Below, piece by piece: positions 42,801 to 53,309 of a stretch of DNA of 64,000 nucleotides. The stretch covers positions 32,001 to 96,000 of the forward strand of contig JBBRSP010000002.1 in NCBI GenBank assembly GCA_038245295.1. The letters are read 5' to 3'. The notes under the pieces are model-generated. The model had not been told where the DNA came from. It saw only the letters and a program-made list of their open reading frames with translations, and searched no databases. This DNA is from Candidatus Binatia bacterium. Its GTDB lineage: Bacteria; Desulfobacterota; Binatia; HRBIN30. A program made the translations under genes and the position numbers. Every line of letters starts with the position of its first letter. Within the stretch, counting starts at the first letter, position 1.

Positions 42801-44468
42801 ATGTCGTCCGAAAACGGTACCGGCGTGCTTCGAGTCGTGCCACTGGGTGGGCTCGGAGAGATCGGTGTCAATTGTCTACTCATTGAATACAACGGCTACG
42901 CAATCGCGGTCGATTGCGGCGTCATGTTCCCGGAGCTGCACATGCCGGGGATCGATCTGGTCATTCCGGATCTAACCTACCTGCAGCAGTTCGGTGACCG
43001 ATTCCTCGGATTCGTCGTTACCCACGGCCACGAGGACCATATCGGAGCGCTGCCCTATGTGCTGCGCGACATCGACGCGCCGGTATATGCACCGCCGATG
43101 GCGGCCGGGTTGCTGACCGAGAAGCTCAAGGAACACAGTATCAACCCGACGATCCACGTGGTGCGCCCGCGCCATCCGTGGGAGTTGGGTCCGTTCAAGA
43201 TCGAATCGATCCACATGACCCATTCGATCGTCGACACCGTGGCTCTGGCGATCACGACGCCGCTCGGCGTCATCATCCACAGCGGCGATTTCAAGCTCGA
43301 TCCGTCGCCGGTCGACAATGCCGCGTCGGACCTCGACGCTCTCGCCGAGTATGCCGAACGCGGTGTGCTGCTGCTGCTCTCCGATTCGACCAATGCGGAA
43401 CGGCCGGGCCGCACCGATTCGGAACGCTCGGTACGCGGCGATATCGACCGCATCTTCAAGAAGGTTGCGGGTAAGGTCTTCTTTTCGACTTTCTCGTCGC
43501 ACATCGCCCGCCTGACTCAGGTCATTGAGGTGTCGCAGTCCAACGGCCGGAAGGTCGCGGTGGTCGGTCGCAGTTTGCTCAACACCATCAAGATCGCCAC
43601 GGGTTTGGGCTACCTGAGCTACTCGCCGTCGACCTTCATCGATACCTCGGGGCTCAAAGATCTGGCGCCGCATCAAACGACGGTGTTGATCACCGGCAGC
43701 CAGGGCGAGCCGATGTCGGCGCTGATCCGCATCGCCGAAGGGGCGCACGGCCAGGTGAAGATGGAGCCGGACGACGCGGTCATCCTGTCGTCGCGCATCA
43801 TCCCCGGCAACGAGCGGCCGATCAGCAACATGATCAACCACATCCACCGCCGCGGCGCGACGCCGTACCACTCGCACAACTGCGCCGTGCACGTCTCCGG
43901 CCACGCCAGTCAGGAAGAGCTCAAAGATCTGATGCGCCTGCTGAAGCCGAAGTACTTCATTCCCGTACACGGCGAATACCGCCATCTGGTGCAGCACCGT
44001 ACCTTGGCGCACGAAGTCGGCATCAGTCCGGACAACACGTTCCTTCTCGAAAACGGCAATGTCTTGGAGATCGACGCCCAGTCCGCCCATCGTGCCGAGA
44101 GTGTGCGCGCCGGGCGTGTGTTCGTCGACGGCAAGGGCGTCGGTGACATTCAGGACATCGTGTTGCGCGACCGTCGACATCTGTCGTCCGACGGCCTAGT
44201 GCTGGCGATTCTCGCGATCAACCAACAGAATGGCACCCTGCTTTCCGGCCCGGACCTGATCTCGCGCGGTTTCGTCCCCGAAGAGGGCACACAAGCGTAT
44301 CTCGAAAAGGCCAAGAGCGTCGTTGTCGAGGTGTTTGAGGCCCTGCCCTTCGAGTCACGCACCGACTCGCTCGTCGTCAAAGAGGAAGTGCGCAAATCGC
44401 TGAAGAAGTATTTCAGCAAGACCCTCGAACGGCGTCCGGTGATCGTGCCGTTCATCATGGAGATGTAA
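42801..44468 (+). CDS. rnj: Ribonuclease J
   Basis: PLGGLGEIG, THGHEDHIG, GDFK, SDSTNA, GSQGEP, HVSGHA, PVHGEYRH. Confidence 0.97.
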   Translation: MSSENGTGVLRVVPLGGLGEIGVNCLLIEYNGYAIAVDCGVMFPELHMPGIDLVIPDLTYLQQFGDRFLGFVVTHGHEDHIGALPYVLRDIDAPVYAPPMAAGLLTEKLKEHSINPTIHVVRPRHPWELGPFKIESIHMTHSIVDTVALAITTPLGVIIHSGDFKLDPSPVDNAASDLDALAEYAERGVLLLLSDSTNAERPGRTDSERSVRGDIDRIFKKVAGKVFFSTFSSHIARLTQVIEVSQSNGRKVAVVGRSLLNTIKIATGLGYLSYSPSTFIDTSGLKDLAPHQTTVLITGSQGEPMSALIRIAEGAHGQVKMEPDDAVILSSRIIPGNERPISNMINHIHRRGATPYHSHNCAVHVSGHASQEELKDLMRLLKPKYFIPVHGEYRHLVQHRTLAHEVGISPDNTFLLENGNVLEIDAQSAHRAESVRAGRVFVDGKGVGDIQDIVLRDRRHLSSDGLVLAILAINQQNGTLLSGPDLISRGFVPEEGTQAYLEKAKSVVVEVFEALPFESRTDSLVVKEEVRKSLKKYFSKTLERRPVIVPFIMEM

Positions 44469-44470
44469 CG

Positions 44471-46711
44471 ATGGCGCGCAACTCTGCCGCAGCCAGCAAG
44501 CGCGTCGAAGAGCCTGACGTTTCACAATACCTCAACGAGGTGGCGGGAATCCTGACGCTCGGCGTCGCGATCTTCGTCCTGGTCAGCTTTGCTTCGTTCC
44601 ACCTGGGCTACAAAGGCCAACTCGGTGGTGTGATCGGCTACACGCTCGCCAATCTCCTGGCGCAGGCCTTCGGCTTGGCGGTTTACCTTCTGCCTATTCT
44701 GCTCGGAGTGATTGGGGTGCGTTTGTTCCGCGGCGGTCTCGGCGACATGTCGATGACGCGCCTGTCGGCCGCCTCGTCGTTGCTGCTGATTCTGTCGATC
44801 CTGTGCGGACTGGTGATCCATCACGAGAACATCGCCATCGGCGGCGGTTGGTTCGGCGGCTTCATTGCCCGCATTCTCTTCGAGGCTTGTGGCGCCATGG
44901 GCGCCTTCGTTGTCGTCGGCGCCATGTTGCTGCTCGCCGTGATGTTCACGACGGGAACATCGATGAGTAGCGCCACCGAGCGCGCCGGCATCAGTTTCCG
45001 CACCAGTATGGGCAACTGGCGCGAGCGCCGCGCGGCCCGCAAAGCCGCCAAACAGGCGGCGGTGCTGGAAGCCGCGGCTGCCGTACCTGCTGCGGTCGTC
45101 GGAGTAACACGAAGCCCGCGTAACGAGGCCGGCCCGATGATCCTTCTCGACGAGCAGATCGAGAAGCCGGCGCGTCGACGTGAACCGCTGCAGGAGCCGC
45201 TACCGTTCCATGACGGCGAGTATGTGACCCCGTCGCCGCGTCTGCTCGACGATCCGGTGCACGCCGCCATTCGGGTTGATGAAGATCAGCTGCGCAAGAG
45301 CTCGGAGATTCTGCGCAACAAGCTGGCCAACTTCGGGATCGAATGTGAGGTCGTCGCGGTGCGGCCCGGCCCGGTGATCACGACCTTCGAGATCGAGCCG
45401 GCGCCAGGCGTCAAAGTAAATCGCATCGTGACTCTGCAAGACGACCTGACGATGGCTCTGCGCGCCAACGGCGTGCGCATCCTGGCCCCGGTGCCGGGCA
45501 AGGCCGTCGTCGGCATCGAAGTCGCCAACGCCAAGCGCGAAAAGGTTTTCTTGAGCGAGATCATCGAGAGCGAAGCCTACCAGGCGGTCGACTCGACGCT
45601 GACGCTGGCGCTCGGCAAGGATAGCGCCGGTATACCGGTCGCCGCCGATCTGGCGCGCATGCCGCATCTGCTGATCGCCGGCGCCACCGGCACCGGTAAG
45701 TCGGTGTCGCTCAACGCCATGGTCATGAGCATTCTCCTCAAAGCGTCACCGGCCGATGTGCGCTTCGTCATGATCGATCTGAAGATGCTCGAGCTGTCGT
45801 TGTACGAAGACTTGCCGCATCAGATCGTACCGGTGATCACCGACCCCAAGAAGGCCATCGTCGTGCTGAAGAATCTGTGCGACGAGATGGACCGGCGCTA
45901 CCAGGTTCTCAAAGACAAAGGCGTGCGCAACATCGACGGGTACAACCGTGCCATCGAACAGGAAGGCGCCGGCGGAGTCCTCGAGCTCACGGAAGTGGCC
46001 GATGATGACGACGAGCTCGTGGCCGCCCCCAATGACGTGCGTCACGAGCGTATGCCGAAGATCATCGTCATCATCGACGAGCTCGCCGACCTGATCATGA
46101 CGTCGGGGCGCCACGTCGAAGAGCCGATCACACGCCTGGCGCAGAAGGCGCGCGCTTGCGGCATCCATTTGATCCTGGCGACACAGCGACCGTCGGTCGA
46201 CGTCATCACCGGCCTGATCAAGGCGAACTTTCCAGCGCGTCTGTCGTTCCAGGTAACGTCACGCATCGACTCGCGCACCATCCTCGATTCGATGGGTGCG
46301 GAACGCCTGCTCGGCGGTGGCGACTGTCTCTACCTGCCGCCCGGCACGGCGAAGCTCCAACGCATCCACGGCGCGTATGTCTCCGAAGAAGAGATCAAGC
46401 GCGTAACGACACACGTCAAGAATCAGGGAAAGCCGCAGTATGCGTTCGAGCTCCTCGAAGGCCAGGAGGAAGAAGGCGCCGAAGGCAATGGCGGTCTGGG
46501 TGATGACTGGAGCGACGAGATGTACGATCAGGCGGTACAGGTCGTTACCGAGAGCCGCATCGCTTCCATCTCGTATGTCCAGCGCCGGCTGCACGTCGGC
46601 TACAACCGCGCCGCGCGTATGATCGAACGTATGGAGACCGAGGGGGTCGTGAGCCGTAGCGACAACGGCCGGCCGCGTGAGGTCTTGGCGCCGGCGGCAC
46701 CCGAGGATTGA
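44471..46711 (+). CDS. ftsK: DNA translocase FtsK
   Basis: N-terminal 4TM; MPHLLIAGATGTGKS; IDELADL; ATQRPSVDVITG; gamma domain SYVQRRLHVGYNRAAR. Confidence 0.97.
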   Translation: MARNSAAASKRVEEPDVSQYLNEVAGILTLGVAIFVLVSFASFHLGYKGQLGGVIGYTLANLLAQAFGLAVYLLPILLGVIGVRLFRGGLGDMSMTRLSAASSLLLILSILCGLVIHHENIAIGGGWFGGFIARILFEACGAMGAFVVVGAMLLLAVMFTTGTSMSSATERAGISFRTSMGNWRERRAARKAAKQAAVLEAAAAVPAAVVGVTRSPRNEAGPMILLDEQIEKPARRREPLQEPLPFHDGEYVTPSPRLLDDPVHAAIRVDEDQLRKSSEILRNKLANFGIECEVVAVRPGPVITTFEIEPAPGVKVNRIVTLQDDLTMALRANGVRILAPVPGKAVVGIEVANAKREKVFLSEIIESEAYQAVDSTLTLALGKDSAGIPVAADLARMPHLLIAGATGTGKSVSLNAMVMSILLKASPADVRFVMIDLKMLELSLYEDLPHQIVPVITDPKKAIVVLKNLCDEMDRRYQVLKDKGVRNIDGYNRAIEQEGAGGVLELTEVADDDDELVAAPNDVRHERMPKIIVIIDELADLIMTSGRHVEEPITRLAQKARACGIHLILATQRPSVDVITGLIKANFPARLSFQVTSRIDSRTILDSMGAERLLGGGDCLYLPPGTAKLQRIHGAYVSEEEIKRVTTHVKNQGKPQYAFELLEGQEEEGAEGNGGLGDDWSDEMYDQAVQVVTESRIASISYVQRRLHVGYNRAARMIERMETEGVVSRSDNGRPREVLAPAAPED

Positions 46712-46721
46712 GTCGGAGTTC

Positions 46722-48017
46722 CTAGGCGACGGCGCCGGTCAGGGTGTGTGCCGACGCTTCGACAATTCGCACATCGACAATCTCGCCCGGCTGCACCGAC
46801 GTGCTCTGGAAAATGGTGGTGCGAAAGTGCGGCGTCTTCCCGAACATCCAGCCTGCGCCGCGTCGTGCCTGCTCTTCCACCAGCACCGGAAAGCTCGATC
46901 CGATCAGACCCTGATGAATGCGCGCAGCGCGTTCGTGTTGTTGCTCGATGATCGTCTGCAGACGGCGGCCCTTCTCGTCCTCGCTGACCGTCTCTTCCCA
47001 CTTTGCCGCCTTGGTGCCGCTGCGTTGGGAGTATTTGAACATGTAGGCCTGGTCGTATCCGACCTCGTTCATCAGATCGATCGTCGCCTGAAAGTCCGTC
47101 TCATCCTCGCCAGGGAAGCCAACGATGATGTCCGTGCTCAGCGCAATGCCGGGGACCGCGATGCGTAGTTTCTCGACGATGCCTCGATACTCATCGACGG
47201 TGTAGCCGCGTTCCATATTGGCCAGGACCCGGTCGGACCCCGACTGCACCGGCAGATGGATCTGCGGACAAATCTTGGCGTGCTCGCCCACGGCGGCAAT
47301 TACGCGATCCGTCATGTCCGACGGATGCGGCGAGGTGAAGCGGATGCGTTCGATGCCATCAATGGCGGCGGTGCGACGCAGTAGTTCGGCGAAGTCGACA
47401 TCACCGTCACGATAGGCGTTCACCGTCTGCCCGAGGAAAACGATCTCCTTGAAACCCTCGTCGGCCAGTGTGTGCGCCTGCGCAATCAGCGACTCGGCAT
47501 CGACGCTGCGCTCGCGACCACGCACGTAGGGGACGATGCAAAACGTGCAGAACTTGTCGCAGCCACGCATGATCGTCAGCCAGGCACGTACGCCGGCATC
47601 GCGCTGCGGCACGATGTCCGCGTAGGTCTCAGCACGATCGAGACGCACATCGATGAACGGATCACCGTTGCCGTTGCCCAGAAGCTCCGGCAAGCGCCGG
47701 TACGAATCCGGCCCGACGATGAAATCGACCCACGGCAGGCGATCGAGCAAGGTATCGCGCACATGCTGCGCCATGCAGCCGGAGATGCCGAGCTGCACAC
47801 CTGGCCGCCGCGACTTGTAACGCATGAGGTCGCCAAGGCGGCCGATGACACGCTCTTCGGCGTTCTCCCGGATGGCGCAGGTATTGAGCAGAATGACGTC
47901 GGCGTCAGCCGGCGAGTCGGTGCGACCGTACCCGTGCTGGCGCAGATGACCGAGCATCGTCTCGCTGTCGGCGGTGTTCATCTGACAGCCGTAGGTTTCA
48001 ATGTAGATGTTTCGCAT
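46722..48017 (-). CDS. miaB: tRNA-i6A37 methylthiotransferase
   Basis: TYGCQMN, NTCAIRENAE, GCMAQ, GCDKFCTFC, RIRFTSPHP, C-terminal TRAM domain. Confidence 0.96.
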   Translation of the reverse strand: MRNIYIETYGCQMNTADSETMLGHLRQHGYGRTDSPADADVILLNTCAIRENAEERVIGRLGDLMRYKSRRPGVQLGISGCMAQHVRDTLLDRLPWVDFIVGPDSYRRLPELLGNGNGDPFIDVRLDRAETYADIVPQRDAGVRAWLTIMRGCDKFCTFCIVPYVRGRERSVDAESLIAQAHTLADEGFKEIVFLGQTVNAYRDGDVDFAELLRRTAAIDGIERIRFTSPHPSDMTDRVIAAVGEHAKICPQIHLPVQSGSDRVLANMERGYTVDEYRGIVEKLRIAVPGIALSTDIIVGFPGEDETDFQATIDLMNEVGYDQAYMFKYSQRSGTKAAKWEETVSEDEKGRRLQTIIEQQHERAARIHQGLIGSSFPVLVEEQARRGAGWMFGKTPHFRTTIFQSTSVQPGEIVDVRIVEASAHTLTGAVA

Positions 48018-48095
48018 GTGGCTACTTGGGCCCGATGCACTTCGGGCCTTTCGCAAGCAAGGCGCGGAATATATCGTCCGCCCCTGGCGGAAACA

Positions 48096-49007
48096 ATGAA
48101 GATTGCCTCCCTACTTCCCAGCGCGACGGAGATCGTTTGCGCTCTCGGCCTCGCCGATCAACTGGTCGGCGTGTCGCACGAGTGCGACTTTCCCGAAGCA
48201 ATCGTCGGGCGCCCCGTGCTGACCGACGCGAAGATCGATGCGACGCAGGATTCTGCGACGATCGACGCGGCAGTTCGTGGCTTGGTGAGAGATGGGTTGA
48301 GTGTCTATCGAATCAAGACCGACCTTCTCGCCGAGCTGCGCCCCGATCTCATCGTCACACAGGACCAATGCGACGTATGCGCCGTATCGTATGCGGAGGT
48401 GGAGCAGGCGACACGCGCCTTGTTCGGCGACACGGCCAAAATCGTTTCCCTCAAGCCGCAACGACTCGAGGACATCTTGAATGACATCACCACCGTGGCG
48501 CGGGCGGCCGGCGTCGAGTCGGCCGGTACCGCCCTGGTGGAAGCATCGCGCCAACGACTCGATTTGATCACCAAGAAACTGTTTCGGGCCCGCAGCCGGC
48601 CTCGCGTCGCCTGCATCGAGTGGCTCGAACCGTTGATGATGGCCGGCAACTGGGTTCCGGAGATGGTCGAGCTGGCCGGCGGCACCTACGACGCGGTTAC
48701 CGCCGGCGCCCACAGCGTCACCATCAGTTGGGAACAGCTCGTCGATTATGCCCCCGACGTGATCATCCTCATGCCGTGCGGCTTCAAGCTGACGCAGACC
48801 GAGCGTGAGCTGGCACGGCTGACGTCCCATCCATCATGGGAGGGACTGCCGGCGGTGCGTAATCGCCGCGTCTACGCCGTCGACGGCAACGCCTATCTCA
48901 ACCGCCCCGGCCCGCGCATCGTCGACAGTGCCGAGCTGCTCGCCGGACTGATCCAGCCGGGGTTCTATGCGCACAAGATCCCGGCTGGGAGTTATGTGCG
49001 AGTCTGA
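48096..49007 (+). CDS. BtuF-like cobalamin/iron-chelate binding protein
   Basis: MKIASLLPSATEIV, GVSHECDFP, PDLIVTQDQCDVCA, EWLEP, GNWVPEM, NRPGPR; no signal peptide seen. Confidence 0.85.
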   Translation: MKIASLLPSATEIVCALGLADQLVGVSHECDFPEAIVGRPVLTDAKIDATQDSATIDAAVRGLVRDGLSVYRIKTDLLAELRPDLIVTQDQCDVCAVSYAEVEQATRALFGDTAKIVSLKPQRLEDILNDITTVARAAGVESAGTALVEASRQRLDLITKKLFRARSRPRVACIEWLEPLMMAGNWVPEMVELAGGTYDAVTAGAHSVTISWEQLVDYAPDVIILMPCGFKLTQTERELARLTSHPSWEGLPAVRNRRVYAVDGNAYLNRPGPRIVDSAELLAGLIQPGFYAHKIPAGSYVRV

Positions 49008-49073
49008 CGATGCAGGGGTTACAGGGGCGGCGATGGCTCGCGAGAAGACTGACACGTCGTCGTCCCGGCGGAG

Positions 49074-49232
49074 GAGCCTGTCGTAAAACCAAAGTGGAGC
49101 AACGTCATCCCGGTGAAAACCGGGATCTCCCCCTTCTGGAATCCTCGAAAGCTGGCGAGATACCGGCTTCGCCGGTATGACGGAAAGGTCTGCTCGGTTT
49201 CAAATTTGGTTTCCGAGTAAATCGCCACACTC
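49074..49232 (+). mobile_element. MITE (159 bp), same family as 3817-3976
   Basis: GAGCCTGTCG...CGCCACACTC; colinear and highly similar to 3817-3976; flanked by inverted hairpin arms 49058-49073 and 49233-49248. Confidence 0.85.
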
Positions 49233-49281
49233 CTCCGCTGGAATGACGTTCCTCCATATGCCCCGAGGAAGGGAAGAAGAA

Positions 49282-49602
49282 ATGAATCCAACCGAAGTCC
49301 GACGCGGCGTCAGCGACCGCGTCATGCACATCGTCTGGGATGACGACCATCAAAGCGAGTACCCGTGGGCCTACCTACGCGGCTGGTGCCCGTGTGCCGC
49401 GTGTCAGGGGCACGGCAACGAGAAGCGCTACGTCCATGCGCCAACCTCCGATCTGGCGAGCCTGAGCGTCGTCGGCAACTATGCCCTGAGCCTCGTTTGG
49501 AGCGACGGCCACGAAACGGGCATCTACAGCTACCGGCATTTGCGCCAGCTGTGTCACTGCTCCAAATGCGGTGGCATCGGTGAGGGTACCCCGGAGGCGT
49601 AA
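49282..49602 (+). CDS. DUF971 (GBBH N-terminal-like) protein
   Basis: WDDDH...LRGWCPCAACQGH...VGNYAL...WSDGHETGIYSY. Confidence 0.92.
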   Translation: MNPTEVRRGVSDRVMHIVWDDDHQSEYPWAYLRGWCPCAACQGHGNEKRYVHAPTSDLASLSVVGNYALSLVWSDGHETGIYSYRHLRQLCHCSKCGGIGEGTPEA

Positions 49603-49666
49603 ACCCCTTCTTGCCCTTGCCCGTGCCCATCTCGGGTGGAACCAGGGCAAGGGCAAGTTTTGCGAA

Positions 49667-50677
49667 CTAGAAGTCGCGCGTCTCACCGACGCTGAAGATC
49701 CAGGCGTTTTCACGGAACCCCGATTCGGCCGCCGCGGCGCGGAAGCGCTGCGGTGGTTCGTCGAGCCCCTCGTCGGTGAGGTCAAAGGTTCCCCAATGCA
49801 TGCCGACGACGTGTCTTGCATGAACGTCCTCGGCGGCGTGGATCGCCTCTTCCGGATTCATGTGCACGAAACGCATGATGGATGGCGGATCGTAGGCGCC
49901 GATGGGTAGAGCGGCGAGATCGAACGAGCCGAAACGCTCACCGATCTTGGCGAAGCCTTTGAAATATCCGGTGTCGCCGGAGTGGAAGAAGCGCCGTGTC
50001 GGACCTTCGACCACCCAACCGGCCCACAGACGCTGGCCTTGATCACCGAGACCGCGGCCGCCCTGGTGCTGCACCGGCACGCAGTACACCCGCACATTGC
50101 CGATCTGCACACTCTCCCACCAATCGAGCTCGATGGCGTCGCCGCCGACACGACGCACCAGCTCGCCGGTTCCCTTGCCGACGACGAAGCGTGTGCCGCC
50201 CTTGGCCAGCGCCTGAATCGAGGCGAGGTCCATGTGATCGTAGTGATCGTGCGAAATCGTCACGAAGTCGACGCGCGGCAACGCGTCGATCGGCACCCCA
50301 GGCGGCACCAGGCGTTTCGGACCAGCGAACGAGAACGGACTAGCGCGTTCGGAGAACATCGGATCGGTCACGAAGGTCATGCCGTCCATGCGCACCAGAA
50401 ACGTCGCGTGGCCAATCCAGGTGACGCTTGGGTTGTGCTGCAGCATACGAGGATCATAGGCCACGAAGGGTGCGCCGCTGCCACGTGGCACGAGGGACGA
50501 ACCAACCTTACGCGCCAGGAACGAGGCCATATCCCAGAACGCCGGGTTCGGACGCGCACCACCTTCATTGAAGAAGCGCTGGCCATTGCTCGGCGCGCCG
50601 AGCGGGTCGGCAGCCGCCACGACGGCAAGCGCCAGCAGCCCAGAGGCTACGGCGACGAGGACGGTCCGTGCACGCAT
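49667..50677 (-). CDS. MBL-fold hydrolase (RomA/NAPE-PLD-like), exported
   Basis: TWIGHAT, TDPMFSERASP, SHDHYDHMD, SGDTGY, LPIGAY, HMNPEEA, MHWGTF. Confidence 0.92.
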   Translation of the reverse strand: MRARTVLVAVASGLLALAVVAAADPLGAPSNGQRFFNEGGARPNPAFWDMASFLARKVGSSLVPRGSGAPFVAYDPRMLQHNPSVTWIGHATFLVRMDGMTFVTDPMFSERASPFSFAGPKRLVPPGVPIDALPRVDFVTISHDHYDHMDLASIQALAKGGTRFVVGKGTGELVRRVGGDAIELDWWESVQIGNVRVYCVPVQHQGGRGLGDQGQRLWAGWVVEGPTRRFFHSGDTGYFKGFAKIGERFGSFDLAALPIGAYDPPSIMRFVHMNPEEAIHAAEDVHARHVVGMHWGTFDLTDEGLDEPPQRFRAAAAESGFRENAWIFSVGETRDF

Positions 50678-50974
50678 GCGTCCAAGTTGCCTGAGAAGGG
50701 TCGCCGTGGGAAGAAAATTCGTCGTCCCGGAAGTGGGGTGATTTCCTCGGAAGAAGATGTAGAATCCCGAATTCCCCTCTCCCACCGTGGATCCCAGACA
50801 GTGGGAGAGGGGGAGCTTGGTCTCCAACGACGCGGGGGCACTGGGCTCGTGGGCACTCGGTTGAAATGACCCCACCACCGTCGTCCCGACGAAGGCAGGG
50901 ACCTACGTGTCGAAAGTCTTTGGGTTCGACCGAACCCTGCACCGTGCACCCTCCGAGGCCGGCACGAACAAACC

Positions 50975-52471
50975 CTACCGACAAGCTGGGTGATCGCGCA
51001 CGACAGCTGCTGGTGTCGCGCCGCCGCTATCGACCGCGGCATTCCAGCGCCGCATCCGCTCGGGATCAATGCTGTGCTCGAGAGCCGCAAAACGTGCGGC
51101 GATCTCGGGCTGGTCGCGGGCCAGCCGCTCGGAGACGACGACAATGGCATCATACGGTGGAATCGCACCACGATCGTCGCTGAGCACATGCAGGTGCATC
51201 GCATCGATGCGACCGTCTGTCGTGTAGCCGGCGATCACGTCGACGCCGCCGGTCGAGAGTGCGTCGTAAAGCAGCGACGGATCCATGGCACGTGTCTCGC
51301 GCGGTGCGAGTCCGTAGCTCGCTCGCAACGCCTGCCACTCGCTACGCTCGAAGAACTCATAGTCGCCGCCAAACAGGCTCGTCGCCGCCGCGCCGAGATC
51401 GCTGATACGTTGGGCCGGATTGTCGGCGCGCACCACCAGGGCGTAGGCATTCTCGAACCCGAGATCGGCGACGACGCGCACCCCGAAGTCACGCTGTAAC
51501 GCCGCCGCGACCTCCGAACGCATGGTCTCGCGATCAACCTGCGTCGTACGCTTGAGGATCGTGCTCCAGGCGGTGCCGGTGTACTCGACGTAGGCATCAA
51601 GATCCCCGGAACGCACCGCATCAAACGCCACGGTCGTCCCCAGGGATGGTCGTACTTCCACCGGCGAGTTGTTGCCCACCGCGCAACGCAGCACCTCGGC
51701 GAGAATCAATTGCTCGGTGAAGCTCTTGGCGCCGATACGAATCGGCCGCGCCGCGGAGCTCGGAGCCAAGCCGACGATCACGGCGCCAACAGTCGCCATC
51801 CCGATGGCCCCGAACACAACGGCGGCAACGCGACCAGGACGCCGTCCGCGCGCGCGCCGCTCGGCCCACGTCAACAACGCATCGAGGCTGATCGCCATGG
51901 CGGCGGCGGCGGCACAGCCGAGCGCCACCTGATCGTAATGCCGCGTCTGCAAGCCGCTGAAGATGAGATTGCCGAGACTGCGCGCGCCGATTGGCGTCGC
52001 CAGGGTTGCCATTCCAACGGTCCAGGCAGTCGCCGTGCGCAATCCTGCGAGCGTCGCCGGCATCGCCAGCGGCAAATCAACCAGACGGAACCGCTGACGA
52101 TCGGTCATACCGACGGCAAGCGCCGCCTGATCGACCGCCGGATCAATCGACCGGATGCCAACGACCACCCCGCGTGCAATCGGCAAGATGGCGTACAACG
52201 TCAGGGCAACCAACGCCGGCACCTCGCCAATGCCGGAGATCGGCAAGCCAGACACGTGGCCGAGCCAGGCAAACAACGGCACCATCGCCGCCAGCAGCGC
52301 CAACGCCGGCACCGCCTGAATGAGTGAAGCAGCACCAAGCGCGCTACGCTCAACGAACCGGTTGCGCGCTGCCACGATGCCGATGGTCAGACCAAACACG
52401 GAACCAACACCGATGGCGATCAACACGAGACGCAAGTGGGCAACGAAGAGGGAGAGAACATCCGACGTCAT
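50975..52471 (-). CDS. Quaternary-amine/betaine-type ABC transporter, fused permease + substrate-binding domain (EgtU/OpuB-like)
   Basis: TMD with QAALAVGMT...VDLPLA EAA-like loop; SBD IGAKSFTEQ, YVEYTGT, FENAYAL, IPPYDA. Confidence 0.9.
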   Translation of the reverse strand: MTSDVLSLFVAHLRLVLIAIGVGSVFGLTIGIVAARNRFVERSALGAASLIQAVPALALLAAMVPLFAWLGHVSGLPISGIGEVPALVALTLYAILPIARGVVVGIRSIDPAVDQAALAVGMTDRQRFRLVDLPLAMPATLAGLRTATAWTVGMATLATPIGARSLGNLIFSGLQTRHYDQVALGCAAAAAMAISLDALLTWAERRARGRRPGRVAAVVFGAIGMATVGAVIVGLAPSSAARPIRIGAKSFTEQLILAEVLRCAVGNNSPVEVRPSLGTTVAFDAVRSGDLDAYVEYTGTAWSTILKRTTQVDRETMRSEVAAALQRDFGVRVVADLGFENAYALVVRADNPAQRISDLGAAATSLFGGDYEFFERSEWQALRASYGLAPRETRAMDPSLLYDALSTGGVDVIAGYTTDGRIDAMHLHVLSDDRGAIPPYDAIVVVSERLARDQPEIAARFAALEHSIDPERMRRWNAAVDSGGATPAAVVRDHPACR

Positions 52472-53289
52472 GTCGCCGGCCCCGCCGTATCCGCCGCCTT
52501 GGTCCCATCCGTCGCATTCGTCCCATCGCCGAGCAGCACCGCCCGCCGCCGCGCCGCATCCACCAGTGCCTGCACCGCCGGGCCTGCCGGCGCCCGCACG
52601 ACCTCCGCCGGCGTCCCCAGCTGCACCAGACCGCCATCGACCAGAACGGCAATACGCGTGCCGAGCAGAATCGCCTCGGACAAGTCATGCGACACAAGGA
52701 TCGTCGTCACCCGACTCTGACGCTGGATCTCCAGGAGCAAATCCTGCAGACGAGCCCGCGTGTCCGGGTCGAGTGCGCCGAACGGCTCGTCCAACAACAG
52801 CAGCGGCGGCGCCGCGGCCAGAGCGCGCGCCACGGCAACACGCTGAGCCTGCCCACCCGACAACTCACTCGGGAGACGGTCGCGATATGCGGCGGGCTCG
52901 AGACCAACGCTGGCAAGCATCACCTCGATGCGTGCCTCGATGCGCGCCGCATCCCACCCCGCCAGGCGCGGTGTGATCCCGACATTCTCGGCGACCGTCA
53001 AATGCGGAAAGAGACCGAGACCCTGAAAGCAGTATCCAATGCGACGGCGTAGCTCGTGCGGCACCAGGGCGCGGGCATCCTCGTCGTCGAGGCGCACGAA
53101 GCCGGATTCGATTTCGATGAGACGATTGATCGACGACAGCAGACTGGATTTGCCGGAGCCCGAGGGACCAATGATAACCAACAGCTCGCCCGGTTCTACC
53201 GTTAGCGAAACGTGGTCGACGGCGACGCGGTTGCCGCGACGTACGACGAGATCACGGATCTCGACCCTGGCGCCGGTCCCACCACGCAC
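52468..53289 (-). CDS. ABC transporter ATP-binding subunit (OpuA/ProV-like)
   Basis: GPSGSGKS, LRRRIGY, LFPHLTV, LSGGQAQR, LLDEPFGALDP. Start uncertain (53289 or ~53313). Confidence 0.93.
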   Translation of the reverse strand: MRGGTGARVEIRDLVVRRGNRVAVDHVSLTVEPGELLVIIGPSGSGKSSLLSSINRLIEIESGFVRLDDEDARALVPHELRRRIGYCFQGLGLFPHLTVAENVGITPRLAGWDAARIEARIEVMLASVGLEPAAYRDRLPSELSGGQAQRVAVARALAAAPPLLLLDEPFGALDPDTRARLQDLLLEIQRQSRVTTILVSHDLSEAILLGTRIAVLVDGGLVQLGTPAEVVRAPAGPAVQALVDAARRRAVLLGDGTNATDGTKAADTAGPAT

Positions 53290-53309
53290 GCCCGTCCCCC
53301 CGATCTCGC

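Noticed and set aside
36375..44180. Long antisense ORFs (e.g. 36375-37967, 41043-42359, 42972-44180; also 20722-21960, 22682-23821)
   Set aside because: They overlap well-supported genes on the opposite strand; expected in high-GC DNA and without motifs.
47472..48095. N-terminal extension of the BtuF-like ORF (similarly the GT4 ORF from 11375 and the regulator ORF from 55607)
   Set aside because: The extensions overlap neighbouring genes; family-typical starts lie downstream (48096, 11708, 56024).
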